From Guillardia theta CCMP2712 (taxonomy: Eukaryota; Protista; Cryptophyta), in contig NW_005434644.1 in assembly GCF_000315625.1 (NCBI RefSeq), positions 62,077 to 126,076 on the forward strand: a stretch of 64,000 bases of DNA, written 5' to 3'. How positions within the stretch are numbered: the first letter of the stretch is position 1; each line of letters starts with the position of its first letter. This document shows, piece after piece, positions 1-12,397 of the stretch. A program made the translations under genes and the position numbers. The notes beneath the pieces are model-generated. The model was not told the DNA's origin and did no database searches. It saw nothing but the letters and a program-made list of their open reading frames with translations.

Positions 1-239
1 CGATGGACCCGTACACCCATAGAGTTATTGAGGTTGACCCCGATACAGCAGCTAGAGGCGCTCATGCGGCTCTTTCAATATGAAACTACATATGCTTTTC
101 TTGAGGTATACCCCCCTACCTAAAATACTTACACAAGGAGAGGGGTGGGTAAGTTGACAACGAGCTCCAGGGGTGGTTGAAGTATTCAAGTAGCTCTTTT
201 TAAAACTTTTGAAGTAAAGGAGCTGAGCACTCGGCCAGC

Positions 240-680
240 TTCAGGTGACCGTTATAACCGTCAACGGCGGCGTCATACGGTTCCCGTCCGTATCTAGCGG
301 CCTCCCGGGACTCGGTCGGAAGCCGGGCTGCCTGTTGCCGCGGACGCAGCGGGGATCCCTTCCACTGCCGGCGACCAGTCGCGATGATCTTTCAAGCGGC
401 CGTCCTAAGCGGTCACTGCCGCCGCCGTCACCGGTGCCACGGGGGGCCGGCCCTCACGATCCGATCGGCGATGGGCGATGACATCGCCGGGAAAACTTGA
501 AAGTGAAAGCCTTCAAGGTGTTCAAGGTACGTCCGACCGTACGGTCTCAGTGGTCGGGCCTCAACTTGAAGTTTCCACTGTTTCTTCCAAAGTCTCGAAG
601 TTTCAATTGTTTTTTCCCAAAGTCTCAAAGTTTCAATTTTTTTTTTTTCAAAGTCTCAAAGTTTCGCAACTCTTCGGGGC
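240..680. promoter_or_regulatory. GC-rich, CCGG/GGCC-rich intergenic island ending in three CAAAGTCTC(A/G)AAGTTTC copies
   Basis: Sharp composition change. Shares TCCGATCGGCGAT (460-472) with 58552-58564. Three motif copies at about 586-666. Lies upstream of the PDZ gene; a regulatory role is inferred. Confidence 0.4.
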
Positions 681-1153
681 ATGAGATGAACAAGGGGGAC
701 GGGGAGGGGAAGATGAGGAGGAGAGGAGAGGAGAGGAGAGGAGAGGAGAGGAGAGGAGAGAGAAGAAGGGAGGGAGGGGAGGGGAGGGGAGAGAGAAGAG
801 AAGAAGGGAGGGGAGGGGAGGGGAGGGGAGAGGAGGAGGAGATGAGGTCCGATAAGCTCATGATGGGACCGGATGAATATGATGAGGTGATGGGATATCA
901 TAGAACATGACAAGAAAAACAGAGGGGAGAAGGTATTGCGCGGGAGGCAGGGGAGGGCAGCTGGTTGAGGATGCAGGGGAGAGAGGGAAATTGTGTAGCG
1001 CAACACAATGATGTTAGTTAGAGGATGAGATGGAGGTTGAAGGAGCCTGCAGACAGTGCTTGTTGCATGCCATGTAGTGATCCAGATGCCGCAGGAGGGG
1101 TCGGCACAGACAGGAAGCGACCAAGTATGTTCTTCTAGCTGCTGTCGATCTAA

Positions 1154-3222
1154 ATGGAAGTCGTCTCCAACGGCCCACCCAATGGTCCCTTGTCCGCAAA
1201 GCTCTCGACAACGGCCAGCAGCGCGCAGGTATGCCCTCGTCGTGCCTCTGTGTGTTAGAGACATGATGGTGATCGCGCAGGCGGGGGTTGGCATCGTATT
1301 CCAGCCCACTGACGATGGGACGCTGTTCGTGAAGCGCTTTCTCGAGGGATCTCCTGCAGAAAGGTGCGAGGAGAGAGGGCAGGGCAGGGCAGGGCAGGGG
1401 AGAAGAGAGGAGAGCAGAGGAGAGGAGAGAGGGGAGGAGAGAAGAGGGGAGAAGAGAAGAGATGAGAGGGGAGAGAGGGGAGAGGAGAGGAGAGAGGGGA
1501 GGGGATGGGAGGGGGGCGAGGTTTGACCGAAAGGAGCAGGAGCGGTCTCATCCATCCGGGAGACTGCTTATGCGAGGTGAATGGCAAGGATGTTTTCAGA
1601 CAGCCCATGGACTACGTCAAGTCGCTGCTGATGGGTGAGGACACGAGACAAGATCGCTCTCAGCTGTGACTGATCCTCCTCCAGGTCCTCCAGGCACGAC
1701 AGTCCGTCTCGGTTTCCACAGGCAAGCTTCCTCCTCCCTTGCCAGGCCCTTGAGACTGACGGGAGCAGGGGCACGGACCCGCGTTCTCCTCTCATTCAAG
1801 TCGCGCTGCATCGCATGTTGCCAGGTGGGAGCGGCGGGGGAGCAGGGGAGAGCTGAGAGCTGAGAGCTGGTGGTGCTGCAGGAGAAGAGCTAGTGGGCGT
1901 CGGCATCATCTTCCGCAGCGATGCGACTGGCTCCCTGTTTGTGCGGCAGCTTCAGGTCTTGTCCAGCCCTGGCCCTCTCGAGCTGACTTCCAGCTGACCC
2001 CTGGTCCAGACCGGAGGCCCAGCTGAGCTTTCGCGGGAGGTTGACAAGGAGCGGCGAGCTTGTAAAAGTTGACTTTGACGCCTCAGATCGAAGTTGGCGA
2101 CTGCATCGTAGAGGTCAACGGAGTCGATGTCTTCCGCAAACCCATCTCAACCTTCACCAAGCTGATCCTGGGTAGAAGTCACCCTGATACTCATACTCCT
2201 GCTCCTTCTCCCTCCCTGATGCTGATACTCCTGCTCCTCCTACCTCCCTGATGCTGATACTCCTGCTCCTCCTCCCTCCCTGATGCTGATACTCCTGCTC
2301 CTTCTCCCTCCCTGATGCTGATACTCCTGCTCCTCCTCCCTCCCTGATGCTGATACTCCTGCTCCTCCTCCCTCCCTGATGCTGATACTCCTGCTCCTTC
2401 TCCCTCCCTGATGCTGATACTCCTGCTCCTCCTCCCTCCCTGATGCTGATACTCCTGCTCCTCCTACCTCCCTGATGCTGATACTCCTGCTCCTCCTACC
2501 TCCCTGATGCTGATACTCCTGCTCCTCCTACCTCCCTGATGCTGATACTCCTGCTCCTCCTACCTCCCTGATGCTGATACTCCTGCTCCTCCTACCTCCC
2601 TGATGCTGATACTCCTGCTCCTCCTCCCTCCCTGATGCTGATACTCCCTGCTCCTCCCTCTCTCCCTGATGCTCATACTCCTGCTCCTTCTCCCTCCCTG
2701 ATGCTGATACTCCTGCTCCTCCTACCTGGCAGTGGCGGTGGTGGCAGTGTTCCTTCTCCTCCGGATCCTCTCCACCAGCATCCCCATACTAGTTTCCTTG
2801 TTCGTCACCTGCCCTCCTCCTCCCACTCTTGTCTTGACGTTGTTTGTTTGTTTTTCTACCCTCCTTCTCCCTCTCTTGTCTTGACGTTGTTTGTTTGTTT
2901 TTCTACCCTCCTTCTCCCTCTCTTGTCTTGACGTTGTTTGTTTGTTTTCTGCCCGCAGGAGCCCCAGGGACTATCGTGACGTTGGGGTTCAAGCGAGGAG
3001 ACTCGCTGATGATCAAGAGAGTTTCTCTACGGAGAAGGTGAAGACTCACACCACCACCACCACCTCCTCCTCCTCCTCCTCCTCCTCCTCCTTTGTTCTT
3101 CTCTTCTTCTTCTCTTCTTCTCCTCTTCTTCTTCTCCTCCCCCTCTCATCTTCCTTCCTCCGCTGCCACCTTTCTCTCGTCCTCACAACTTCCTTGATGC
3201 CCCCTCGTCCCTTGATCATATA

Positions 3223-3278
<56 letters not shown>

Positions 3279-3686
3279 CTCCTGCTCCTGCTGTCCTCCT
3301 CCTCACCTCCTGCTCTGACTGGGCCTAGTCTGCCCCAGGGCTCGCGTAAGAATGCAATGGATCAGGATGAGATAGCAGGTGACGTGGCAGCGAACAGGAG
3401 GAGCGTCCAGCTGACTTTCAGCAGTGGTCCAGGAGACGAACATCAAGCTGAGGCAGGCTGTGGAGGAGGTGAGAAGCTCTGTTTCCTGCCCCCTCATCTT
3501 CCCTTCCTCCCATCCTTTCCCGCTTCTCCGCCCGCTGTCGCCCCCCCTGCTCCTCCTCCTCGCCTCTCCCGATCGCCTCTCATTCTCTCATTTCTTCGCC
3601 TTGTCGTTGACGATCATTCAAGGCCAAGGCAGAGCACGTAAAGCTCAAAACATCTTGAAGGAGAAGCAGGTGAGATGCCCTGCCTA

Positions 3687-3775
<89 letters not shown>

Positions 3776-4370
3776 CCTGCTCCTCCCCTCTCTTCTCCTC
3801 CCCTCTCCCCTCTTGCTCTTGATCCTCCCACTGCACCTTGGACAGTCACCGTCCTCTTACTGCTGTACAGGAGGCCGTCCAACAGCTCCATCGCATGTAT
3901 GAGAGGGGAACGTCAGCCATGGGTGAGCGTGAAGAGGGGGAGGTGGGGGAGCAGGCAGAAGGAGGAGGCAGGAGGAGGAGGAGGAGGCAGGAGGGGGAGG
4001 GGGGGGGGGAGGGGGGTGGGGTTTCGTGCTCAAGTTCGTTATCTTGGTCTTTGCTGGTTCCTACTGTTTCCTAACTCTTCCGCCGCTCCTACACCCCCGG
4101 GGTCTTTATATTGCTCCACGACCAGTGCAGCGACTCCTAAGAGATGGGCACTTCATTCTATTCATGCTTATACCATTGACTTTTACAATCCTCGTGTGAA
4201 TACCTTTTTCAATTGACCTTCTGATCCGTAGGTACTCGCACGACAAAGATACGCAAGTGCGTTTATTAGAATCTTGCTCATACCCCCACGCGTACGGATC
4301 CCGTGCGACTCTGCTCCTCAGTGAGCAGGCTGATGGGACTGCTGACTCGCCATCATCACCGCCTCCCTCC
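1154..4370 (+). CDS. Multi-exon protein with two PDZ domains followed by a coiled-coil segment; 3' end lost in the gap
   Basis: Spliced exons give GVGIVFQPTDDGTLFVKRFLEGSPAE..GLIHPGDCLCEVNGKDVFRQPMDYVKSLLMG|PPGTTVRLGFHR and VGVGIIFRSDATGSLFVRQL..IEVGDCIVEVNGVDVFRKPISTFTKLILG|APGTIVTLGFKR, both with the PDZ GD.I.EVNG signature. Start and end approximate. Confidence 0.8.
2182..2727 (+). repeat. 32-bp intronic minisatellite, about 17 copies (CCCTGATGCTGATACTCCTGCTCCTCCTMCCT)
   Basis: Directly visible tandem array inside a PDZ-gene intron. Confidence 0.95.
2827..2950 (+). repeat. 47-bp tandem repeat, about 2.6 copies, at the intron 3' end
   Basis: CTTGACGTTGTTTGTTTGTTTTTCTACCCTCCTTCTCCCTCTCTTGT repeated just before the acceptor AG. 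Confidence 0.9.
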
Positions 4371-4914
4371 NNNNNNNNNNNNNNNNNNNNNNNNNNNNNN
4401 NNNNNNNNNNNNNNNNNNNNNNNNNNNNNNNNNNNNNNNNNNNNNNNNNNNNNNNNNNNNNNNNNNNNNNNNNNNNNNNNNNNNNNNNNNNNNNNNNNNN
4501 NNNNNNNNNNNNNNNNNNNNNNNNNNNNNNNNNNNNNNNNNNNNNNNNNNNNNNNNNNNNNNNNNNNNNNNNNNNNNNNNNNNNNNNNNNNNNNNNNNNN
4601 NNNNNNNNNNNNNNNNNNNNNNNNNNNNNNNNNNNNNNNNNNNNNNNNNNNNNNNNNNNNNNNNNNNNNNNNNNNNNNNNNNNNNNNNNNNNNNNNNNNN
4701 NNNNNNNNNNNNNNNNNNNNNNNNNNNNNNNNNNNNNNNNNNNNNNNNNNNNNNNNNNNNNNNNNNNNNNNNNNNNNNNNNNNNNNNNNNNNNNNNNNNN
4801 NNNNNNNNNNNNNNNNNNNNNNNNNNNNNNNNNNNNNNNNNNNNNNNNNNNNNNNNNNNNNNNNNNNNNNNNNNNNNNNNNNNNNNNNNNNNNNNNNNNN
4901 NNNNNNNNNNNNNN
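4371..4914. other. Assembly gap; other gaps at 22604-22703, 23610-24405, 26834-26933, 32654-32753 and 53971-54070
   Basis: Runs of N. Confidence 1.
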
Positions 4915-4994
4915 CGACAACTAGAGCTGTACCGAGGATACAGAAGAGGAGGAGGAGGGAAGAGGGAAGAAGAGGAGGCAGGAGGTGAGGGAAC

Positions 4995-5386
4995 ATGGCA
5001 GGCGGCAGGATGAACGAGGAGGTTCAGCGTCTCAAGACCTTCGAGCACTGGCCGCACACTGAGGTAGCTGAGAACCCAGCTGACCTCCTGCTGAGCTCCT
5101 TTACGTTCTTCCTCACAGAGTTCTCATCCTGGCGTGACCCCAATAATCTTAGCGGCGGATGGGTAACTGCTGCTGCTGCTTGTCCTCCTCCTCCTCCTCC
5201 TCCTCCTCCTTGATCTCCTCCTCCTCCTCCTCCTCCTCCTCCTCCTCCTCCTCCTCCTCCTTGATCTTATTCTTCTTCTTGATCTCATTCCACTCGCTCT
5301 CATGGCTCATCCAGGTTTCACTTTTGTCCGACCCCCCAAGACCCCGACACAGTCGTCTGCTTCTTCTGCGACCTGCAGCTGGTCAC

Positions 5387-5448
<62 letters not shown>

Positions 5449-6467
5449 CTGCTGCTGCTGCTGCTGCTCCCTGCTGCTCCCTGCTGCTCTCTACTGCTGC
5501 TGCGCCTCCTCCTCCTCTTGCTGTTGCTCTTGCTTCTTTTGGTCTGCTCCCCCTCTCCCTTGATAGGATCTGGCAGGGTGACTGGGAACGATCGGACGAC
5601 GCAAAGGCTGTGCATCGCAAGTTGTCGCCGAATTGCCCGATGGTAAGGAGAGGAATCAGAGAGAGGAAGGAGCAGAAAAGAATGGTGGAGAAGAGGGGAG
5701 AAGAGAGGAAGGGAGGAAGACGTTGAGGAGGAGAGAAGGGATCGGAGAGATCAGAGTGAGTGAGTCAGGAGGGGAGAGCAGGGAGAGGAGCGCGAATAGA
5801 GGGAAGGAGAATATGAAAGAGAGGATGGAGAGAAGGAGAGAGGAGGAGGAGGAGGAGGAGGAGGAGGAGGAGGATCAGGAGGGAGAACATTGACGAGTTC
5901 GCTCTGAAGGTCCTCGGGCTCCCATGCGGCAACGTGCAGAAAGTCAACAACGCCTGTGAGTCTTTTCAGATTCCCCGCTGCTCTCGCTGACCCTCAACCT
6001 CTTCCTCCTCGTCTCCTTCCTCGTCCTCGTCCTCGTCCTCGTCCTCCCTGTCCTCCTCTCCTCCCTGTCCTCCCGGTCTCCCTTCTCGTGCAGCGACCAA
6101 GTTAGAGGACGATGCTCCTGCTCATATGCGACTCGAGAACGTTCTCGCGCGCAAGGCGACGCTGCTTCAAGCTGTAACGGTTAGCTAGGAGACCCTCTGC
6201 TCCCCTCCCCTCCCCTTCCCTTCCAGCTGCCTCTCACTTGCTGCAGGCGCTCGAGACTTCCTTGGAAGATGCTCGTCGGCAGATCGTCGATGCCATTCAT
6301 GTGAGTCGCTGGAAGCCTCGAGCCCCTACCCCATCCCTCCCCCAACTCTTCCCCAGCTATTCCCTTGCTGTCCCCCTGCCCCTCACTGCCTAACGCAGGC
6401 CCGCAAGAAGCTGCAGCAGGAGGCCGCAGTCCTCGCCTCGGGCATGAAGACCCGCAAGAACGATTAA
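4995..6467 (+). CDS. Survivin/BIRC5-like protein: single BIR domain plus C-terminal helix, about 165 aa, 8 exons
   Basis: GT-AG exons 4995-5063, 5119-5162, 5315-5381, 5577-5642, 5910-5955, 6094-~6174, 6247-6300 and 6399-6467 give RLKTFEHWP..TPIILAADGFHF..DTVVCFFCDLQLGDWERSDDAKAVHRKLSPNC, the complete BIR C-x2-C..H-x6-C zinc motif, followed by a helical tail. Confidence 0.88.
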
Positions 6468-7199
6468 CTGCAGCTGAGCAACTTGAAACGACTTTATTAC
6501 TTCAAGTGAGTAGCAGCTGAGCATGGCAGATAACCTCTTACTCTCTCTCGCGACCAATCTTCTCATCCTCAAAAAACAAAAACATCTAGACAACTCTCCT
6601 CCTCCCCCTCCTCCTTCTCCCCTCCCGTCCTCTTCCTACGGTACGGAGACGACCGAGGCTGCGCGTTTCCTCCTTCAACCTGTTCGCCTCTCCTTCTCCG
6701 AATCGAAAAATCCGCCAGAGAAAATCCAAGGGGGGACGAGGGCACGCTCAGAGAGTAGATCCTGAGGGGATGGGAGAGATGTGATCGAACGAACCCTTCA
6801 TCTTCTTGTTGAACGCCTGCCAGTGCCGTCAGTCATTCCTTACTTTGCCATCCCTCATTCAAGTCACTCCACAAGTCAGGCAAGTCAGACATGACTCAGT
6901 TGGATCATGTTATCTTATGTTATGTTATGTCATGTCATGTTAGTCTGTCCGCCCGCCAGTCAATCATCAAGTCAAGTCATCAAGTCAATCATTCAGTCGT
7001 TCAATCAGCGAGTCACTCGGTCCGGGTCACGCAGGTCACCTTGTCGAGCATGTTGCGATGCAGGTGCGACGCCGACGCGGCTCCTCCTCGTCTATTGACG
7101 CCCACTGAAGGCACATCATGACTTCACTTGTACCCCGCAGACGGCTGAGCGTACCTGACAAGGGACGTATGCTTGCTTGCTTCATCATCGGGCCCACGT

Positions 7200-10100
7200 T
7201 CATTCCTGGTGCTTGCCCACCGCTCGCGTCTCCATCTGCGTTCTCGCACGAAGGGTCGAGATGATTGAGAGCATCGCCAACCTATTCGCATGTCACTTGA
7301 AGCGACACAGAGGAGAGAGAGGGGAGGGAGCGAGAGAGGGGGGAGGCAGAGGATGAGGGAGGAGGATGAGGGAGGAGGATGAGAAAGAAGGGAGAGCGGA
7401 GAACAAGGAGGATGAGAAAGAAAGTGACCACTGGAGGTGAGTCAGGAGTCGGACGCTTGCGGGGCGAACAAGGAACACTGCAGCCCTTGTTGCGTGCAGC
7501 AAACACAAAATACTAGGCAAAGAAATCAGCTTGCGAGTGCAACCGAGGACGATTCTTACTCTGTTCTTGGGATCTGATTCTAAAACTTGTGTCCTAGTGA
7601 TGAGGAAATCCTATAAAAAGATTAGATCAACGATGACTACAAGGCATGTTTGTACCGTAAGGCGTTCCGAAGGTTGCATCGCCCCACAGTGTCCACGCAG
7701 CATGTGTTGAGTGATGCCAAGCGACTTAGTGGCTGGAGATGCGTCAGTGCGTGTCTCTGCATACGCCGAGGTCCTTACCGATGGCTTCTCTCAGCACCTT
7801 CACTGCACGAGTCTTCGCCTGAAGTTCAAAACTCAGCCAAGAACCTCGAATTGTGATTTCGGATGCACCTGCTTACGAAGGCGGTCGGCAACAGATGCAT
7901 CTGACAGATCCAACGCTGTAGGATCATACAAAACTGCCATGGGCAACTGCTTTGCCAATACAACAAAAGGGGCAGGAAGCTACAAAAATGTCAGGGGAAG
8001 AATAGTCGGACATCTACGATGGAACCTGGTCCATGTGTGAATTGATGTACTCCCCGACAGCCTTGAAGAAGCTTTAGGACAACAGGGAATAATCACACGC
8101 GGAGGAAACCTTTGCATCCTCCGAGTTCACAACGAAAACTCTCATCTTCAAATCAATAGTGCATCCTTCCGAGACCTGTCAAGAAAGACAAGAAAGTCGT
8201 TGATTAGCAACAACTACAGTGTTCAACAACATATCGACCTCAACAGACGTGTTCTGCTCCTTGGGAACTTTCCTAACGATCTGAGCTAAGCGTTCTTGAA
8301 CCTGAGATGCCGTCAATCAGTCGAGCTTTATCGACATGCCAGCTTCACCTTGGGAGGGGTATCACGGGCCATCTCGCCGTCCGCGATGGCCGTGACGAAT
8401 AAGTTTACAGGGAAATGGGCAGTGAGCCTTCCTTCCCACATGAGGTCCATCTCTTCCTGTGGCTGGGTTTAGGTCTCAGGTCCTCGCCGCAGCAACCCAG
8501 TGAGAATCGTCACCTGCATCGCGCCACCAGGTGTCGAGGGTGCGGAAGTGTCGGGAGACCTCGGAGTGTGGGGGTGATGGAGCGACGGCCACCTAGGGGA
8601 TCTCTTATCAGGCTCAGAAAAGGTTCTGCTGTTGAAGAACATGTTTCCCGAGGACGATGGTGGGGTTGGGGTTGCTGAAGAACATCCTGTTTGATGGTCA
8701 CATGCTGAACAAGCTGTATACAATGTCGATGGAGATGATCACCTGATGAGTATCCCCTTCCGTTTCCCTTGGGAGAGTGGAGGCTACACATGGTCAGCTG
8801 TATCTACCTCGCATCATGTGATCGCTTCCTCACCTGCCGTTGGCACTCTTCTCATCTTTCACACTCTTGTTCTTCGCAGGCAAGATAATGAATCGCTTCA
8901 CTGGATGCCCAGGCACCTGTGAACCGACAGGTCACTTCCTCCATCTGTGCAGCAGACAAAGTTACCAGTGTAGCTCGTTGTTGAACCAAGGGTTCGATAA
9001 TCTTAGCCGGCGCCATGGGGCCACTTCATGGAGAACTCAGGACATAAGTATATATAGACATTCGTGAAACCTGTAGCCTCGAAGCATAGCCGTAGTAAGG
9101 GTGCACGCCTTATCTCCGATGGCCTCCCTAAGCACTTTGACCGCATGCGTCTTGATCTGCATCGACCAGGTCACACTGCTTTGCAAAGCAAATTCGATCG
9201 GGCTTGCCTGCTTGCGAAGCCGGTCTGCAACACTTGCAAGCGAGGGATCCAAAGAACCTGTCAGGACGTCAATCAAAGCAGTGATAACGATCAAACAACG
9301 CACTTGAATCATAGCTCACAGCCATCATGAGTTGTTTTGAAAGCACAACGAAGGGAGCAGGGATCTGTCAATTGTCATTTCTCAACCACATGACTGACAT
9401 TTCAACTTTGAACCTGATTAGTGTGAGTACTGATGTAGTCCCATACTGCCTTTGCCTCCACACTGTTAGCAACAAAGACCTGTGTCGAAAAATCAGTTTT
9501 CCACATTTACGATAGGGAACTCTGCTTCAGGGAAGATGAAAGCATTGAAAAGAAGACAAGTATACGAATGAGCTGGTCAGCTTCCTTACCCTCATCTTCA
9601 AATCAACAGCCCCTTCATTGCAGACTTGGACGACTGTGTTCTGTTCTTTCGAAACCTTCTTGCGAACTTGCTCCAAAACAGCATTCACTTTGGGTGGGGA
9701 GTCACTCAAAATCTTTCCATCAGCAATTGCCGTCACGAACAGATGAACCTGGGGAAAGAATGAGATGCAGTTGATGTTGTCCAACAAAAGAAACATACAG
9801 GAAACAGTGAGCTCTCTCCAGGTTCGGTCTTGGCCACTGCCATGGGCGGTGCAGAGTCGGCTTCCACAAGATAAGCTTCTGTTTTTCCATCAGGAATCGC
9901 CAGAGTAAGATTCAAGGAGTCTTTTCGATTCTCGATTTTCACTCGGTTGTATCCATTCATCCCAGTGTGAAACATCCCATCCTTGTTCTCATTCCTTGAA
10001 AGCTGGAATGGAATGCTCAGTTCTTTGTCGGGATCATCGTCAGCATCATCGAACAGAGCGTCGTCCACGTCATGCTCCATGTGACTAACGCACATCTCTC

Positions 10101-10446
10101 CATGCTTCTCTGCACCAGCAGCTCCCCGACCTTGCAGAGGTCCATTCAGCCCCTGAGACATTCCGAACGGCCAACCAGTGTTAGTATCCAGGTTGGGCTC
10201 CCCGTCTATTGCCACTTGACTGAACTGCAGACAGACCTTGGGTCGTGTCACAGGGCAGGAGATGTTGAGCACATCGCAGTCATCCCCATGATCTGAGTGT
10301 GTCGGAACATGACCTGACGAGCAAACACTGTCCCAGTTCCCCATTGCCTCCATGCTGTCCACTTCCGCACTAAGGCTCGCCCATTCTTGTTCACGAAGTG
10401 GATCCCATGGAGGGTTTGAGTGGTCATCAACGCAAGCATCGCTCAT
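7200..10446 (-). CDS. Uncharacterised multi-exon protein with an acidic N-terminus and two copies of an approximately 150-aa domain
   Basis: First exon is ORF 9733-10446. The blocks LFVTAIADG..PPKV..KEQNT..DLKMRVFV..PAPFVVL.KQL..SVADRLRKQ.KT.AVKVLREAI occur at about 9070-9750 and again at about 7680-8415. 3' end uncertain. Confidence 0.75.
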
Positions 10447-12397
10447 CTTGAAGCGATGCTTGCGGCGTCAGCAATCAATACCAGGCTTGGTGTTACAATC
10501 TAGGTGAGCCGAGTCAGCAGAAATCAGGTTGTCTCCAAGAGAGGCAGTCTTGCAAAGGGACAAAATTCCACAAGAAACGAGGGGTCGCATACAGATTTGC
10601 ATCTCAAAAATTGCATACAAGACAAGACGAAAAAAGAGCAGGGATTTTGAGCGTTACAAGGTAAAACTTACTGTATCTGAAGCTCGACAAAGTAGCAATG
10701 TAAGCCAGTTCCTCACAAATTGATACTACGAAAGGAAATGGCTGCATAAACATCTTTAGAAAATGAGGTGCAAGTATTCATAATATAAAAATAATGTGTC
10801 AATGATATGATGAATTCCAACACAGATGGCTCTTGAACTCCGATTCAAATAGAATCCTCCCAACTTATTCTCTAAAACAAAACTTTCGACCAAAGGAGTC
10901 GAGTTTTGAACGTTTCACAATGAACCAAATACTTGTCAGACATGAATTCTTCAGGAAAACCGTCAAGCTATGAATTGAGATATCTCACAGCAAATCATGG
11001 AATAGTAAAGATTTTTTTAAAGCAAAGTGCCCTCTCCTTCAATTTGAACAGCAAACACAGCTCGATCAATCTGAATCAGAATTACAAAATCAACCATTTT
11101 CACACGGCCTGAAACAAACATGCACCGAGCATACGGAGCGGTCGACAAATCTCAAAACAAACATGGAAGGAGATATCGTAATGTCTAAGTCTATATCGTC
11201 CTTCTCTCGCTTCTCTGCATTCCTCCTTCCCTCGTCCTCCTCCTTGTGTTCTCCCGTAGTAACAAGCCATTCTTTTTTTCCCTCACACCCACAGGTGCTA
11301 GGCCCCTATGCGCCACCTATTAATGCTAGGACCAGAGCTACGACCATGTCCCTTCCTACCACCTTGTGCTAGGGGCCCTAGATTCGGTGCTAGGGAGCAC
11401 CTAGGTCGCAAGTTCTATCGAATAGCCCTGTCTTATGAACCAGCGGGCCTAGCGCACTTCCTAGAACAAATGGGCTTATGGGGTCATAGGAAGTAACCCT
11501 CTGATAGGACCAAGGACTCTCCCTGCGTCAGTACCAGGAACTCTCAAAAAGTGATTTAAAATCTAAAACGATATAAAGGTTGAGATTCAGTTGAAGTCAT
11601 CTTGAAAAATTCAAAAGTGAGGCAAGCATTTCAGCCCCCTTTTCAAGGTCATTTGTCACATGCTTTACCGACTACCTATAGCTGTATATCCTTTACCATT
11701 CTTATTCTTTTCACAAGTATACCCCCATCAGGACAACTCAAGTTTTGTACCCACCCCCACCCATAGTTCGCCCTTCAAATCTCGCAGCTCAATTGAGACC
11801 CTTTACCATCCACCCCCCATCAGGACTACACTTCCAGCTGGCATACCCCACACTTCATCAAATGCTCATCCCGACCACCTCCGTCTTTTTAACTAATGCT
11901 CTACTTATATTATCCATCCTCTACTCCCTATGTTTCCGTCATGGACCAAACCCCCAGGTGATTGTACAAACTGACCACCTACCCGTACAGACGTCACTGC
12001 TTGACCACCGGTAGTATTAACTATATTTGTAAAGAAGTAAAGATAAATATACTGATCCGTACTTACTCCATCCGTACAGTTTATATATATAATCTATCTA
12101 TTTGCTTTTAAAATCACATATATATGTATTTTGTTTTTGTATATGTCTCAGGGTCAAAACCGAATTGATTTTCTTGAGAAAACCAGGCAGTATAGCTTTC
12201 TGCGAACAGTACCATGGCTATACAATATTTAAAAGTAGATTTGTATTGATTTTCCTTGTCAATTATATAGTTTTACCGCTCTATCAGTACCTCAGTACAA
12301 CGGAAAGTATAACCGTGAGAATCTTTTCCAATCACTGAGTGCGACCGGGCCCGGGGCTCGCCGCCGGAGGCCGGATGCGGCCAATCGAGCGAGGAAC

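Noticed and set aside
2182-2727. 32-bp repeat array as a CRISPR
   Set aside because: Head-to-tail units with no unique spacers, inside a eukaryotic intron, and no cas genes.
4106-5057. Long ORFs spanning N-runs (also 23301-24573)
   Set aside because: Artefacts of assembly gaps.
6840-7030. Degenerate AGTCA/ATGTT pentamer repeats
   Set aside because: Simple low-complexity sequence between convergent genes, with no further structure.
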